32,000 nucleotides of DNA from Mycobacterium hainanense (GTDB lineage Bacteria > Actinomycetota > Actinomycetes > Mycobacteriales > Mycobacteriaceae). This document shows positions 9,474-18,496 of the stretch, piece after piece. The DNA lies in contig NZ_CP169059.1 of assembly GCF_041890355.1 (NCBI RefSeq), positions 3,679,933 through 3,711,932 of the forward strand, in the 5' to 3' direction. The first letter of the stretch is position 1, and the number at the start of each line of letters is the position of its first letter. The position numbers and the translations under genes are program-made. Under the pieces are notes generated by a model that saw only the letters and a list, made by a program, of their open reading frames with translations, made no database searches and had not been told where the DNA came from.

Positions 9474-10529
9474 ATGTTGCCGGATTTCGTGCTGTTGCCC
9501 CCGGAAATCAATTCGGCGCGCATGTATGCCGGCCCGCGCTCCGCGTCGATGTGGGCGGCGGCCGCGGCCTGGGACGGGGTGGCCGCCCAATTGGGTTCGG
9601 CGGCAAGCGCTTTCCAGGCGACGGTGTCGGCGCTGACGGGTGGGGCGTGGCAGGGGCCCGCGTCGATGACGATGGCTTCCGCGGCCACCCCCTACGTGCA
9701 ATGGATGACCGCGACCTCGGCGCAGGCGGAGCTGGTGGCCAACCAGGCCCGGTTGTCGGCCGGAGCGTTCGAGGCGGCGTTCACCGCGACGGTGCCCCCG
9801 CAGGTCGTCGCGGCCAACCGCGCCCTGCTGATGACGTTGATCGCGACCAACATCCTGGGCCAGAACACCGCGGCGATCGCGGCGACCGAAGCCGAATACG
9901 CCGAGATGTGGGCCCAGGATGTGGCGGCGATGACCGGCTACGACGCCGGCACCCGGGCGGCCGAGGCCGCGTCGACACCGTTCCCCGACCCGCCGCTAAC
10001 CCTGACGAGCCTGCCCACCGCGTCGTTCACCTCGTTCGGTCAGCAGCTGCTCGATTCGCTGATCCAGTCGATGACACAGCAGCTGATGAACCCGATGTCG
10101 CAACTGCAGATGCTCTCGACGCCCGCCCAGTTCGCGATGGAACCCGTGCAAATGGTGGGCCAGCTCATGTCCGGCGCCAATCCGGTGCTGACCAGCGCCG
10201 GCGGTCGCCCCGCGATGGACCCGGTGCTGGCGTCCACGGCCAGTCCGGGCACGGGCGGCCCAATCACCGCGCAACTCGCCGGACGCGTGGTCGCCGCGAG
10301 CACCGGCCGGGCCGGTTCGGTCGGGACGCTGTCCGTGCCGGCGAGCTGGCCCACCACCGCCCAGCCCGCAACCACGGCTCCCGCGGCTCCCGCGACGCCC
10401 AGTGCGGCGGCGAGCCCGGTCTCAGCGAGCCTGCCCACGACCCCGCACCTGTCCTCCACGGGCATCCCCGGGCGATCGGCCGCCGCCACCCCGCGCGAGA
10501 CACCGCCCGCCCGCCTGGTGTCGAGTTAG
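9474..10529 (+). CDS. PPE family protein (PPE-SVP subfamily)
   Basis: Uses the ATG at 9474 inside track ORF 9345..10529. The product begins [21 protein letters not shown]...[12 protein letters not shown], with PPE at residues 9-11 and WxG as GAWQG. The C-terminal GTLSVPASW matches GxxSVPxxW. It ends in an Ala/Pro/Ser/Thr-rich tail. Confidence 0.9.
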   Translation: MLPDFVLLPPEINSARMYAGPRSASMWAAAAAWDGVAAQLGSAASAFQATVSALTGGAWQGPASMTMASAATPYVQWMTATSAQAELVANQARLSAGAFEAAFTATVPPQVVAANRALLMTLIATNILGQNTAAIAATEAEYAEMWAQDVAAMTGYDAGTRAAEAASTPFPDPPLTLTSLPTASFTSFGQQLLDSLIQSMTQQLMNPMSQLQMLSTPAQFAMEPVQMVGQLMSGANPVLTSAGGRPAMDPVLASTASPGTGGPITAQLAGRVVAASTGRAGSVGTLSVPASWPTTAQPATTAPAAPATPSAAASPVSASLPTTPHLSSTGIPGRSAAATPRETPPARLVSS

Positions 10530-10544
10530 CCAGGGGGACCGCCG

Positions 10545-11744
10545 ATGTCGTTCGTGATCACCGACCCCGACGCGATGGCGACGGCCGCCGACGAGTTGCA
10601 GGCGATCGGTTCGGACCTCGAGGCGACGAACGCGGCGGCGGCGGCCCCGACGACGGGAGTGCTGCCGCCGGCCGCCGATTCGGTGTCGGCGCGCGCGGCG
10701 GCCCTGCTCGACGCCCACGCCCAGCAGTACCAGGCGGTCAGCGCGCAGGCGGAACTGTTTCACAAGCAGTTCGTGCAGACCCTGATCACCGCCAAAAACG
10801 CGTACGCCGAAACCGAGGCCTCCAACGCGGCCGCCATGCAGTCGTCCACCACGTCGAACAAGATCGCGCTGATCATGGGCGGCACCGGCAACCCTTCGCC
10901 GGACCTGAAGTACATGACGTCCATCGAACAGGCGTATCTCGCCCAGCATTACTCCGGGTACACGTTGGTGAGTTTGAAGACGCCAGAACAGTTTTGGCCC
11001 GTCACCGGGCTCGGCAGCGAAACCTTCGGCAAGTCCGTCTATCAGGGCGTCGCGACGCTGAACAGCGCGATCCTGACACAAACCGCCGCGGGGAATCACG
11101 TTGTGGTCGTGGGATATTCGCAGAGCGCCACCATCGCCAGCCTGGAAATGCGGTATCTGCAAGCCCTGCCGACCGCGCTACGGCCGAGCCAGGATCTGCT
11201 CAACTTCGTGTTGCTGGCCGACCCGAACAATCCGGTGGGCGGCATCCTGACGCACTTCATACCGGGCTTCGGCGCCTTCCATTTCGCAACCCCGCTGACC
11301 ACGTCCTACGCGACGTCGATCTTCACGCTGCAATACGACGCGATCGCCGACTTCCCGCTGCACCCGCTGTGGCTGCCCTCGGACCTCAACGCGCTGTTCG
11401 GCTTCCTCGAGCTGCACCATACGATGCCCTTCGTCGCCCCGGCACAGGTCGCGGCCGCCCTGCACCAGCAGGTCGGCAACCTGAGCTTGTACTTCATGCC
11501 CACCACGCAGTTGCCGCTGCTCGACCCGCTGCGCATGTTCCTGCCGATCATCGGGAACCCATTGGCAGACTTGCTCCAACCGTTCCTCAAGCCGATCGTC
11601 GACCTGGGCTATGCGCCCGGCCTTTTCCCGGGCGCGCTCAGCACCGCCGGCTACCTCGGCCCCGGCGTTGCGTCCGGCATCAGCAGTCCGCTCGTGGCGG
11701 CAGTGCCGCCGCTGGCCTCCAACGGTTTCGCGAGCGGGTTCTAG
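10545..11744 (+). CDS. PE family protein with C-terminal PE-PPE (serine-hydrolase-like) domain
   Basis: Track ORF of 399 aa with RBS AGGGGGA. The N-terminal PE domain is MSFVITDPDAMATAADELQAIGS...; the eponymous Pro-Glu reads Pro-Asp here. YxxxE secretion motif is present as NAYAETE. The C-terminal ~290 aa contain IALIMGGTGNP... and the nucleophile-elbow-like VVVGYSQSATIAS. Confidence 0.9.
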   Translation: MSFVITDPDAMATAADELQAIGSDLEATNAAAAAPTTGVLPPAADSVSARAAALLDAHAQQYQAVSAQAELFHKQFVQTLITAKNAYAETEASNAAAMQSSTTSNKIALIMGGTGNPSPDLKYMTSIEQAYLAQHYSGYTLVSLKTPEQFWPVTGLGSETFGKSVYQGVATLNSAILTQTAAGNHVVVVGYSQSATIASLEMRYLQALPTALRPSQDLLNFVLLADPNNPVGGILTHFIPGFGAFHFATPLTTSYATSIFTLQYDAIADFPLHPLWLPSDLNALFGFLELHHTMPFVAPAQVAAALHQQVGNLSLYFMPTTQLPLLDPLRMFLPIIGNPLADLLQPFLKPIVDLGYAPGLFPGALSTAGYLGPGVASGISSPLVAAVPPLASNGFASGF

Positions 11745-11745
11745 C

Positions 11746-12795
11746 TCACCGGATGGGCAGCAGCGGACCCGGTGTGCGGCCGTCGGCCAGCGCGGCCGCG
11801 TCCGTGAGCAACTCGGCAAGCTGGGTGGGGTACACCGTCTCCCCGGCGGCGGCCAGCCGGGCGATTTCGGCGGCATCGCACCAGCGGTGGCCGTGAATGT
11901 AGCTGCGTTCCAAGTCGGTCCGGCCGGCGCCGGACGGCTCGAACCGCTGGGTGCGGTGGACGAAGTAGAACTCCTCGCTGTCGATCAGCGAGCCGTTGAA
12001 CTCGAAGACCTCGTCGCGCCGCCAGACCGGGCCCACCATGTCGCCCGGCGTGACTTTCAGTCCGGTCTCCTCGGCCAGCTCGCGGGCGGCCGCCTCGGCC
12101 AACCGCTCCCCCCGCTGCACCTCCCCGCCGACGGTGATCCACCACTTCGGCGCTTGGTTCTTGAGGGGGCCGCGGGCGACCGCCGGGTCCGAACCGCACA
12201 GCAGCAGCACCGCACCGGTCTCGTCGAGCAGCACCACGCGCGCCGACGTGCGGTGGCTGAGCACCCCGTTGAAGGAGCCGACGTCGCCGTGAGCCAGCGC
12301 GTGCGGGCGCTCGACGATCTCGAAATAGGTTGGCAGCGCGGCAGTTCCGCCGAGGCGAAGAGTCCGTACCAGGAATCGCTCGCGCAGCGCCAGGGTGTCC
12401 CGAACCGCGTCATTGTGGAAGCGGCGGGCCAGCACCACCCGGGCCTCGGCGTCGGCCAGCTCGGCGATCAGCCCGGCCGGCAGCGACGCCGGGTCGACGA
12501 CCGCCAGCGCGGCCGAGAGCTCGTTCTCGCGCGACTCGCGCTCCTGCCGCGGTGCGGCCTCGGCGGCGTCGGCCAGCGCGGCCAACCGCCTGCCCTCCGG
12601 GGCGCCGCCGTAGGCGTCGATGGCGACCGCACGGGCGACCACCGCGCGCCGCGCGAGCGCGCCGTCGAGCGCCTGCCACGACAGGTCGTAGCGGACGTGC
12701 AGCCGGTCCAGCCGGTTGGCCGTCTGGTAGGCCCAGGCCCCCAGGATCGCGAGCAGTCCGACGAATACCGCGATGGCGACGGCGAACCAGGTCAT
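11746..12795 (-). CDS. Membrane-anchored Nudix hydrolase with LemA-like N-terminal region (Rv2609c-like)
   Basis: Track ORF of 349 aa with an N-terminal TM helix WFAVAIAVFVGLLAILGAWA. The Nudix box GEVQRGERLAEAAARELAEETGL fits GX5EX7REUXEEXGU exactly. The ATG shares one nucleotide with the pimA stop (TGATG). Confidence 0.88.
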   Translation of the reverse strand: MTWFAVAIAVFVGLLAILGAWAYQTANRLDRLHVRYDLSWQALDGALARRAVVARAVAIDAYGGAPEGRRLAALADAAEAAPRQERESRENELSAALAVVDPASLPAGLIAELADAEARVVLARRFHNDAVRDTLALRERFLVRTLRLGGTAALPTYFEIVERPHALAHGDVGSFNGVLSHRTSARVVLLDETGAVLLLCGSDPAVARGPLKNQAPKWWITVGGEVQRGERLAEAAARELAEETGLKVTPGDMVGPVWRRDEVFEFNGSLIDSEEFYFVHRTQRFEPSGAGRTDLERSYIHGHRWCDAAEIARLAAAGETVYPTQLAELLTDAAALADGRTPGPLLPIR

Positions 12796-13919
12796 CAGCC
12801 GGCCACCTGAACCTTGGCGCCGGTCGCCGCGACCGTCTCGTAGACGCGCATGATCTGGCTGGCCACCACCGACCAGTCGTAGCGCTGGACGGCGGCCGAA
12901 CCGGCCGCCACATAGCGTTCGCGCAGCACATCGTTTTCTAGCACCGAGATGAGGGCGTCCGCCAGCGCGGCGCCGTCACCGACCGGCACCAGGCACCCCA
13001 CTTCACCGTCGCGCAGCACCCGCCGGAAGGCGTCCAGGTCGCTGGCCACCACCGCGGTGCCCGCGGCCATGGCCTCGACCAGGACGATGCCGAAGCTCTC
13101 ACCCCCCAGGTGAGGCGCGCAATACACGTCGGCGCTGCGCATCGCCGACGCCTTCCCGGCGTCGTCGACCTGGCCCAGAAACCGCATGTGTTTAACCAAT
13201 TCGCCTGCCTGGCTGCGTAATTCGGCCTCGTCGCCGTGGCCGACGATCAGCAGCTGAACGTCCGGGAAGTGTTGCACCACCCCGGGCAGCGCGTCGAGCA
13301 GGACCGCCATGCCCTTGCGGGACTCGTCGTAGCGGCCCAGGAACAGCACCGTCTTGCCCGGCCGCGGGTAGTCGTCCAGCGGGGGCGCCGAGGCGAACGA
13401 GTCGACGTCGACGCCGTTGGGTATTTCGACCGCGTCGGTGCCCAGCGCCTCCATCTGCCAGCGACGGGCCAGGTCCGACACCGCGATCCGGCCGACGATC
13501 TTTTCGTGCATCGGCCGCAGGATGCCCTGAAAGACCGTCAGGGTCAGCGATTTGGTGGTCGAGGTGTGAAACGTCGCCACGATCGGTCCCTCGGCGATGT
13601 TCAGGGCCAGCATCGACAGGCTCGGCGCGTTGGGCTCGTGCAGGTGCAGCACGTCGAAATCGCCTTCGGCGATCCACTTTTTCACCTTGCGGTGGGTTGC
13701 CGGGCCGAACCGCAGCCGGGCCACCGAGCCGTTGTAGGGAATCGGGACCGCCTTGCCCGCGGAGACGACGTAGTCCGGTAGGGCCGCGTGCGGCGACGCC
13801 GGCGCCAGGACGTTCACCTCCTGCCCGCGCTCGCGCATCACCTCGGCCAGCTGCAAGACGTGCGACTGCACCCCGCCCGGGACGTCGAACGAGTAGGGGC
13901 AGACCATGCCGATGCGCAT
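12795..13919 (-). CDS. pimA: Phosphatidylinositol alpha-mannosyltransferase PimA (GT4)
   Basis: Uses the ATG at 13919 inside track ORF 12795..13970(-). The product reads MRIGMVCPYSFDVPGGVQSHVLQLAEV...GGESFGIVLVEAMAAG. The context is the PI/PIM operon. Confidence 0.93.
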   Translation of the reverse strand: MRIGMVCPYSFDVPGGVQSHVLQLAEVMRERGQEVNVLAPASPHAALPDYVVSAGKAVPIPYNGSVARLRFGPATHRKVKKWIAEGDFDVLHLHEPNAPSLSMLALNIAEGPIVATFHTSTTKSLTLTVFQGILRPMHEKIVGRIAVSDLARRWQMEALGTDAVEIPNGVDVDSFASAPPLDDYPRPGKTVLFLGRYDESRKGMAVLLDALPGVVQHFPDVQLLIVGHGDEAELRSQAGELVKHMRFLGQVDDAGKASAMRSADVYCAPHLGGESFGIVLVEAMAAGTAVVASDLDAFRRVLRDGEVGCLVPVGDGAALADALISVLENDVLRERYVAAGSAAVQRYDWSVVASQIMRVYETVAATGAKVQVAG

Positions 13920-14860
13920 CAGGTCTCCCTGAGCCGCGCCTGCTTGGCCTCGGACAGGTCGGCCAGCCACTGCGGTTGCATCATGTGCCAGTCCTCGGGG
14001 TGCGCGGCGATGTTCTGCGCGAACCGGTTAGCCAGCGCCTGGGTGATGGCGCCGACGTCGCGGCTGCCGCAGTCCAGGGGCGGCTGCATCCATACCCGCG
14101 AGCGGTCGCCCTCGAACCAGCAATGCGATGGCAGCAGCGCCGCCCCGGTCTCGATCGCGAGCTTCGCCGCGCCCGCGGGCATCCGGGTGGGTTCGCCGAA
14201 GAAGTCGACCTGGACCCCACTGCGAGTGAGGTCGCGCTCGGCCATCAGACACACCACTCGGTTGGCCCGCAGCCGCTCGCACAGCACCTCGAAGGGCGGC
14301 CGCTCGCCGCCGGACAGCGGCAGCACCTCGAACCCGAGGCTTTCCCGGAAGGCGATGAAGCGCCTGTACAGCGACTCCGGCTTGAGCCGCTCGGCAACCG
14401 TGGTGAAGGTGCCGTGTGTCTGCGCGAGCCATACCCCGGCCATATCCCAGTTGCCGCTGTGCGGCAACGCGCATATCGCGCCGCGGCCCGCGGCCAGCGC
14501 CGCCGCCAAATTGTCTTGCCCCGCGACCCACTCGTGGAGCTGGCTCGCCAGCTTGCGGTGGTCCATCGTCGGCAGCCGGAAGGCCTCCCGCCAGTAGCGG
14601 GCGTAGGAGGCCAGCGACGCCCGCATCAGCTCATCGGGCACCTCGGCCGGCGCGACACCGATGACCCGGGCCAGGTTCTTGCGCAGCTGCTCCGGGCCAC
14701 CACCGCGGGCCGCGTACCGGGCTCCGGCTCCGAACGCCGAGCGCGCGGCGAATTCCGGCATCGCCCGCACGGCCATCCAGCCGGTCGCGTACGCCCAGTC
14801 GCTGGCGGTCCCGGACAGCCGGCGCCCCGGCGCGGTGAGCAGACTCATCCCCGGGATCAC
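13919..14860 (-). CDS. patA: PIM acyltransferase PatA (LPLAT/HtrB-like)
   Basis: Uses the GTG at 14860 (GTGA overlap with the pgsA1 stop) inside track ORF 13919..14947(-). The HX4D motif is present as LPHSGNWDMAG. An alternative ATG lies at 14848. Confidence 0.85.
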   Translation of the reverse strand: MIPGMSLLTAPGRRLSGTASDWAYATGWMAVRAMPEFAARSAFGAGARYAARGGGPEQLRKNLARVIGVAPAEVPDELMRASLASYARYWREAFRLPTMDHRKLASQLHEWVAGQDNLAAALAAGRGAICALPHSGNWDMAGVWLAQTHGTFTTVAERLKPESLYRRFIAFRESLGFEVLPLSGGERPPFEVLCERLRANRVVCLMAERDLTRSGVQVDFFGEPTRMPAGAAKLAIETGAALLPSHCWFEGDRSRVWMQPPLDCGSRDVGAITQALANRFAQNIAAHPEDWHMMQPQWLADLSEAKQARLRET

Positions 14861-15489
14861 GGCATGCGCTCCGTCGCGCCGGGCGAGGTCCACACCGTGT
14901 GCAGCCGCTGCACGCAGGTGATGACGCTGGCCACCGCCAGCAGCCACATCGCCACCGGCAGGGCGGGCGGCCAGGCGACGAACGGGAAGTCCGCCACGCC
15001 GGCGCCGACCAGGACGATGATCAACCGTTCCGGGCGTTCGATGATGCCGCCGTCACCGCGCAGCCCGCTGGCCTCGGCCCGCGCCTTGATATAGGAGATG
15101 ACCTGCGAGGTGACCAGGCAGACCATGGTCGCCACCGCGAGCAGCTGGTCGCGCATGCCGAAGGCCACCCACCACAGCAGGCCGCAGAACACCGCGCCGT
15201 CGCTGACGCGGTCGCAGGTGGCGTCCAGCACGGCGCCGAACCGGGTGCCTCCCCCGCGTTCGCGGGCCATGGCGCCGTCCAGCATGTCGAACAGCACGAA
15301 GAACCACACCACGCAGGCACCCGCGAACAACTTGCCCATCGGGAACAGCGTGAGCGCTCCCGCCACGGACCCGGTGGTGCCCAGCACGGTGACCACGTCC
15401 GGCGTCAACCCCATCCGCAGGCACGCTTTGGCGGTCGGCGTGGTGAGCCGCGCGAACGCCGCCCGCGAGAGGAACGGCACCTTGCTCAT
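14857..15489 (-). CDS. pgsA1: CDP-alcohol phosphatidyltransferase, phosphatidylinositol(-phosphate) synthase
   Basis: Track ORF of 210 aa with the motif DMLDGAMARERGGGTRFGAVLDATCDRVSD (D-x2-DG-x2-AR...G-x3-D-x3-D). It is multi-TM. Confidence 0.92.
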   Translation of the reverse strand: MSKVPFLSRAAFARLTTPTAKACLRMGLTPDVVTVLGTTGSVAGALTLFPMGKLFAGACVVWFFVLFDMLDGAMARERGGGTRFGAVLDATCDRVSDGAVFCGLLWWVAFGMRDQLLAVATMVCLVTSQVISYIKARAEASGLRGDGGIIERPERLIIVLVGAGVADFPFVAWPPALPVAMWLLAVASVITCVQRLHTVWTSPGATERMP

Positions 15490-15542
15490 GAGCGGCGCTC
15501 CTCCTCATCGCTACGCTCTGCATCGTCACCGCCGCGGCTCAT
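15490..15542 (-). repeat. MIRU-type unit B (53 nt)
   Basis: The minus-strand sequence is ATGAGCCGCGGCGGTGACGATGCAGAGCGTAGCGATGAGGAGGAGCGCCGCTC. It is an 18-codon open frame (MSRGGDDAERSDEEERRS) whose TGA overlaps the pgsA1 ATG. The core GATGCAGAGCGTAGCGATGAGG matches my recollection of the MIRU consensus. Confidence 0.75.
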
Positions 15543-15643
15543 TTGCGACGGTCTCCCCCGCGAGCGGGTGGTGCCCCCACCTCATCGCTACGTCCCCGGC
15601 AAGCGGGCGGTACCCCCACTGCGTCGTCACCGCCGCGGCTCAT
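15543..15643 (-). repeat. MIRU-type unit A (101 nt, two G-rich modules)
   Basis: It has the same first 25 nt and the same CGTAGCGATGAGG core as unit B. It also carries two 26-nt modules, TGGGGGTACCGCCCGCTTGCCGGGGA and TGGGGGCACCACCCGCTCGCGGGGGA. It is a 34-codon open frame whose TGA overlaps the ATG of unit B. Confidence 0.7.
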
Positions 15644-15656
15644 GAGCGCTCGAGCC

Positions 15657-16232
15657 TCATGACTGCCTTGCCCACTCCGTGGCCAGCAGCCGGCGGGTTT
15701 CACGCAGCAACTGCGGGATCACCTTCGAGCCGCCGATGATGGTGATGAAGTTCGCGTCGCCGCCCCAGCGCGGCACGACGTGCACATGCAGGTGTTCGGC
15801 CAGCGACCCGCCGGCCGACGTGCCGAGATTGAGGCCGACGTTGAAGCCGTGCGGCCGCGACACGTTCTTGATCACGCGAATGGCCTTCTGGATGAAGGCC
15901 ATCAACTCCGCGCTCTCCTCGTCGGTGAGGTCCTCGAGCTCGGAGACCCGCCGATAGGGCACCACCATCAGGTGACCCGGGTTGTACGGGTAGAGGTTGA
16001 GGACGGCGTAGACGAGTTCGCCGCGCGCGACCACCAAGCCTTCCTCGTCCGACAGTTGCGGAATATCGGTGAACGGCTGGTCGGTCTTGCCCGACGAGTT
16101 GGGGTCGCGCTTCATCGGCGCTTCGGCCAGATAGGTCATCCGGTACGGCGTCCACAGCCGTTGCAGGTGGTCACTCTCGCCGACACCGGTGTCCAGAATG
16201 GTGTCCTCCGCGCGTTCCGTGGGCTCACTCAC
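15657..16232 (-). CDS. HIT-family nucleotide phosphorylase/hydrolase (Rv2613c-like, Ap4A phosphorylase type)
   Basis: Track ORF of 191 aa with a GTG start. The histidine triad is present as [13 protein letters not shown]. There is an 8-nt overlap with the thrS stop. Confidence 0.9.
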   Translation of the reverse strand: MSEPTERAEDTILDTGVGESDHLQRLWTPYRMTYLAEAPMKRDPNSSGKTDQPFTDIPQLSDEEGLVVARGELVYAVLNLYPYNPGHLMVVPYRRVSELEDLTDEESAELMAFIQKAIRVIKNVSRPHGFNVGLNLGTSAGGSLAEHLHVHVVPRWGGDANFITIIGGSKVIPQLLRETRRLLATEWARQS

Positions 16233-18279
16233 CGCCGGTCACCTTCACCAGTTCGGCTGTGGGGGCCGCATTCTCGCGCTCGGCGATCCAGCCCACGATG
16301 GCGTCGACCGCGCTGTCACGGGGGACCCCGTTGATCTGCGTGCGGTCGCCGAAGCGGAAACTCACCGCCTTCGCCTGGACGTCGCGGTCACCGGCCAGCA
16401 ACATGAACGGCACCTTCTGGCCCGTGTGGTGCACGATCTTCTTGGCCATCCGGTCGTCGCTGCTGTCCACCTCGACCCGCACGCCGCGCGACTTCAGCTG
16501 CGCCGCAACGCTTTCCAGGTAGGGCACGTGTTCGTCGGCGACGGGAATCCCGACCACCTGCACGGGCGCCAGCCACGCCGGGAACGCCCCCGCGTAATGC
16601 TCGGTGAGGATGCCGAAGAACCGCTCGATCGACCCGAACAGGGCGCGGTGGATCATCACCGGCCGCTGCCGGGTTCCGTCCGGGGCAGTGTACTCCAGCT
16701 CGAAGCGCTCCGGAAAGTTGAAGTCCACCTGGATGGTCGACATCTGCCAGCTGCGGCCCAGGGCGTCGCGGGCCTGCACGGAGATCTTCGGGCCGTAGAA
16801 CGCCGCGCCGCCCGGGTCGGGCACCAGTTCCAGGCCCGACTCGGCCGCCACCTCGGCCAGGGAGTTGGTGGCCTGCTCCCACATCTCGTCGGTGCCGACG
16901 AACTTCTCCGGGTCCTTGGTGGACAGCTCCAGATAGAAGTCCTCCAGGCCGTAGTCGCCCAGCAGCTCGAGCACGAACCGCAGCAGCGACGCCAGTTCGC
17001 CGTGGAGCTGGTCGCGCGTGCAGAAGATGTGCGAGTCGTCCATGGTGAATCCGCGGGCCCGGGTCAGCCCGTGCACCACGCCGGACTTCTCGTAGCGGTA
17101 GACGGTGCCGAATTCGAACAGCCGCAACGGGAGTTCGCGGTATGACCGCCCGCGGGACCGGAAGATCAACGTGTGCATCGGGCAGTTCATCGGCTTGAGG
17201 TAGTAGTCCTGCCCGGGCTTGCGCACCGTTCCGTCGTCGTTCAGTTCGGCGTCGAGGTGCATCGGCGGGAACATCCCGTCGGCGTACCAGTCCAGGTGGC
17301 CGGAGGTGTGGAACAGCTGCGCCTTGGTGATGTGCGGGGTGTTGACGAACTCGTACCCGGCCTCGATGTGCTTGCGGCGCGAGTACTCCTCGAGCTCCCT
17401 GCGCACCACACCGCCCTTGGGGTGGAAAACGGCGAGCCCGGAACCGATCTCGTCGGGGAAGCTGAACAGGTCCAGCTCGGCGCCCAGCTTGCGGTGGTCG
17501 CGCCGCTGCGCTTCGGCGAGCAGCTCGAGGTGGCGGTCCAGCGCCTCCTGCGATTCCCACGCGGTGCCGTAGATGCGTTGCAGACTCGCGTTTTTCTGGT
17601 CCCCGCGCCAATACGCGGCGGAGCTGCGGGTCAGCTTGAACGCCGGGATGTGCTTGGTGGTCGGGATGTGCGGGCCGCGGCACAGGTCGCCCCAAACCCG
17701 TTCGCGGCTGCGGGGATTGAGGTTGTCGTAGGCGGTGAGCTCGTCGCCGCCGACCTCCATGATGTCGGGGTCGCCGGACTTGTCGTCGACCAGTTCCAGC
17801 TTGTAGGGCTCACCGGCCAACTCCGAGCGCGCCTGGTCCTTGGACTCGTACACGCGCCGCTCGAACAGCTGACCCTCCTTGACGATCTGGCGCATCCGCT
17901 TTTCCAGGGCCGCCAGGTCGTCGGGGGTGAACGGCTCCGCCACGTCGAAGTCGTAGTAGAAGCCGTCGGTGATGGGCGGCCCGATCCCCAGCTTCGCGTG
18001 CGGAAACATGCCCTGGACGGCCTGGGCCAGCACGTGCGCGGCCGAATGCCGGATGACGCTGCGCCCCTCTTCGGTGTTGGCCGCCACCGGCACCACCTCG
18101 GTGTCGGCGTCGGGCACCCAGCTCAAGTCCCGCAGCTTGCCCTCGGCGTCGCGCACCACGACGACCGCGTCGGGCGCCCCGCGGCCCGGCAGCCCGGCCT
18201 CGCGCACCACGGCCGCGGCGGTGGTCCCCGCGGGCACCCGGATCGGGGCTGCTGGGGACGGGTTTGCGGCGGCGCTCAT
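16225..18279 (-). CDS. thrS: Threonine--tRNA ligase
   Basis: Uses the ATG at 18279 (RBS AGGAGA) inside track ORF 16225..18399(-). The 684-aa product reads [22 protein letters not shown]...[16 protein letters not shown]...[12 protein letters not shown]...[11 protein letters not shown]. Confidence 0.95.
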   Translation of the reverse strand: MSAAANPSPAAPIRVPAGTTAAAVVREAGLPGRGAPDAVVVVRDAEGKLRDLSWVPDADTEVVPVAANTEEGRSVIRHSAAHVLAQAVQGMFPHAKLGIGPPITDGFYYDFDVAEPFTPDDLAALEKRMRQIVKEGQLFERRVYESKDQARSELAGEPYKLELVDDKSGDPDIMEVGGDELTAYDNLNPRSRERVWGDLCRGPHIPTTKHIPAFKLTRSSAAYWRGDQKNASLQRIYGTAWESQEALDRHLELLAEAQRRDHRKLGAELDLFSFPDEIGSGLAVFHPKGGVVRRELEEYSRRKHIEAGYEFVNTPHITKAQLFHTSGHLDWYADGMFPPMHLDAELNDDGTVRKPGQDYYLKPMNCPMHTLIFRSRGRSYRELPLRLFEFGTVYRYEKSGVVHGLTRARGFTMDDSHIFCTRDQLHGELASLLRFVLELLGDYGLEDFYLELSTKDPEKFVGTDEMWEQATNSLAEVAAESGLELVPDPGGAAFYGPKISVQARDALGRSWQMSTIQVDFNFPERFELEYTAPDGTRQRPVMIHRALFGSIERFFGILTEHYAGAFPAWLAPVQVVGIPVADEHVPYLESVAAQLKSRGVRVEVDSSDDRMAKKIVHHTGQKVPFMLLAGDRDVQAKAVSFRFGDRTQINGVPRDSAVDAIVGWIAERENAAPTAELVKVTGGE

Positions 18280-18496
18280 CGCGTGGGTTCTCCTAGGTCG
18301 GTGGATCGACGACCATGCTATCGGGGCGCTCCGGACGCGAGCAGGGCCGCCGAACAGTGCGCTTCCGCGGACGTGCGAACGGTTCTCCGATCCGGTCACG
18401 GCTTCCCGTTTTTGTTCACGCCCTCCGGGTAGCCCACGGTGACCGCTCGATTGAGCGCAGTCGTCGCCGCACCGCGTGAGGCAGGGAGGCCACCCT

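Noticed and set aside
9374-11896. An 840-aa plus-strand ORF spanning the PPE and PE genes. Similar long ORFs occur at 4409..6097(+), 16388..17695(-), 13697..15094(+), 21507..22955(+) and 17173..18432(+).
   Set aside because: These are out-of-frame or antisense shadows of clearly recognisable genes. Their translations are Arg/Pro/Gly/Ala-rich low-complexity strings typical of wrong frames in GC-rich DNA, and no motifs are present.
18481-18496. AGGGTGG on the minus strand upstream of thrS, reminiscent of the T-box motif AGGGTGGNACCGCG.
   Set aside because: Only the first 7 nt match. It lies at the far 5' end of the spacer, overlapping the RBS of the divergent LLM gene. No specifier, antiterminator or terminator architecture is visible.
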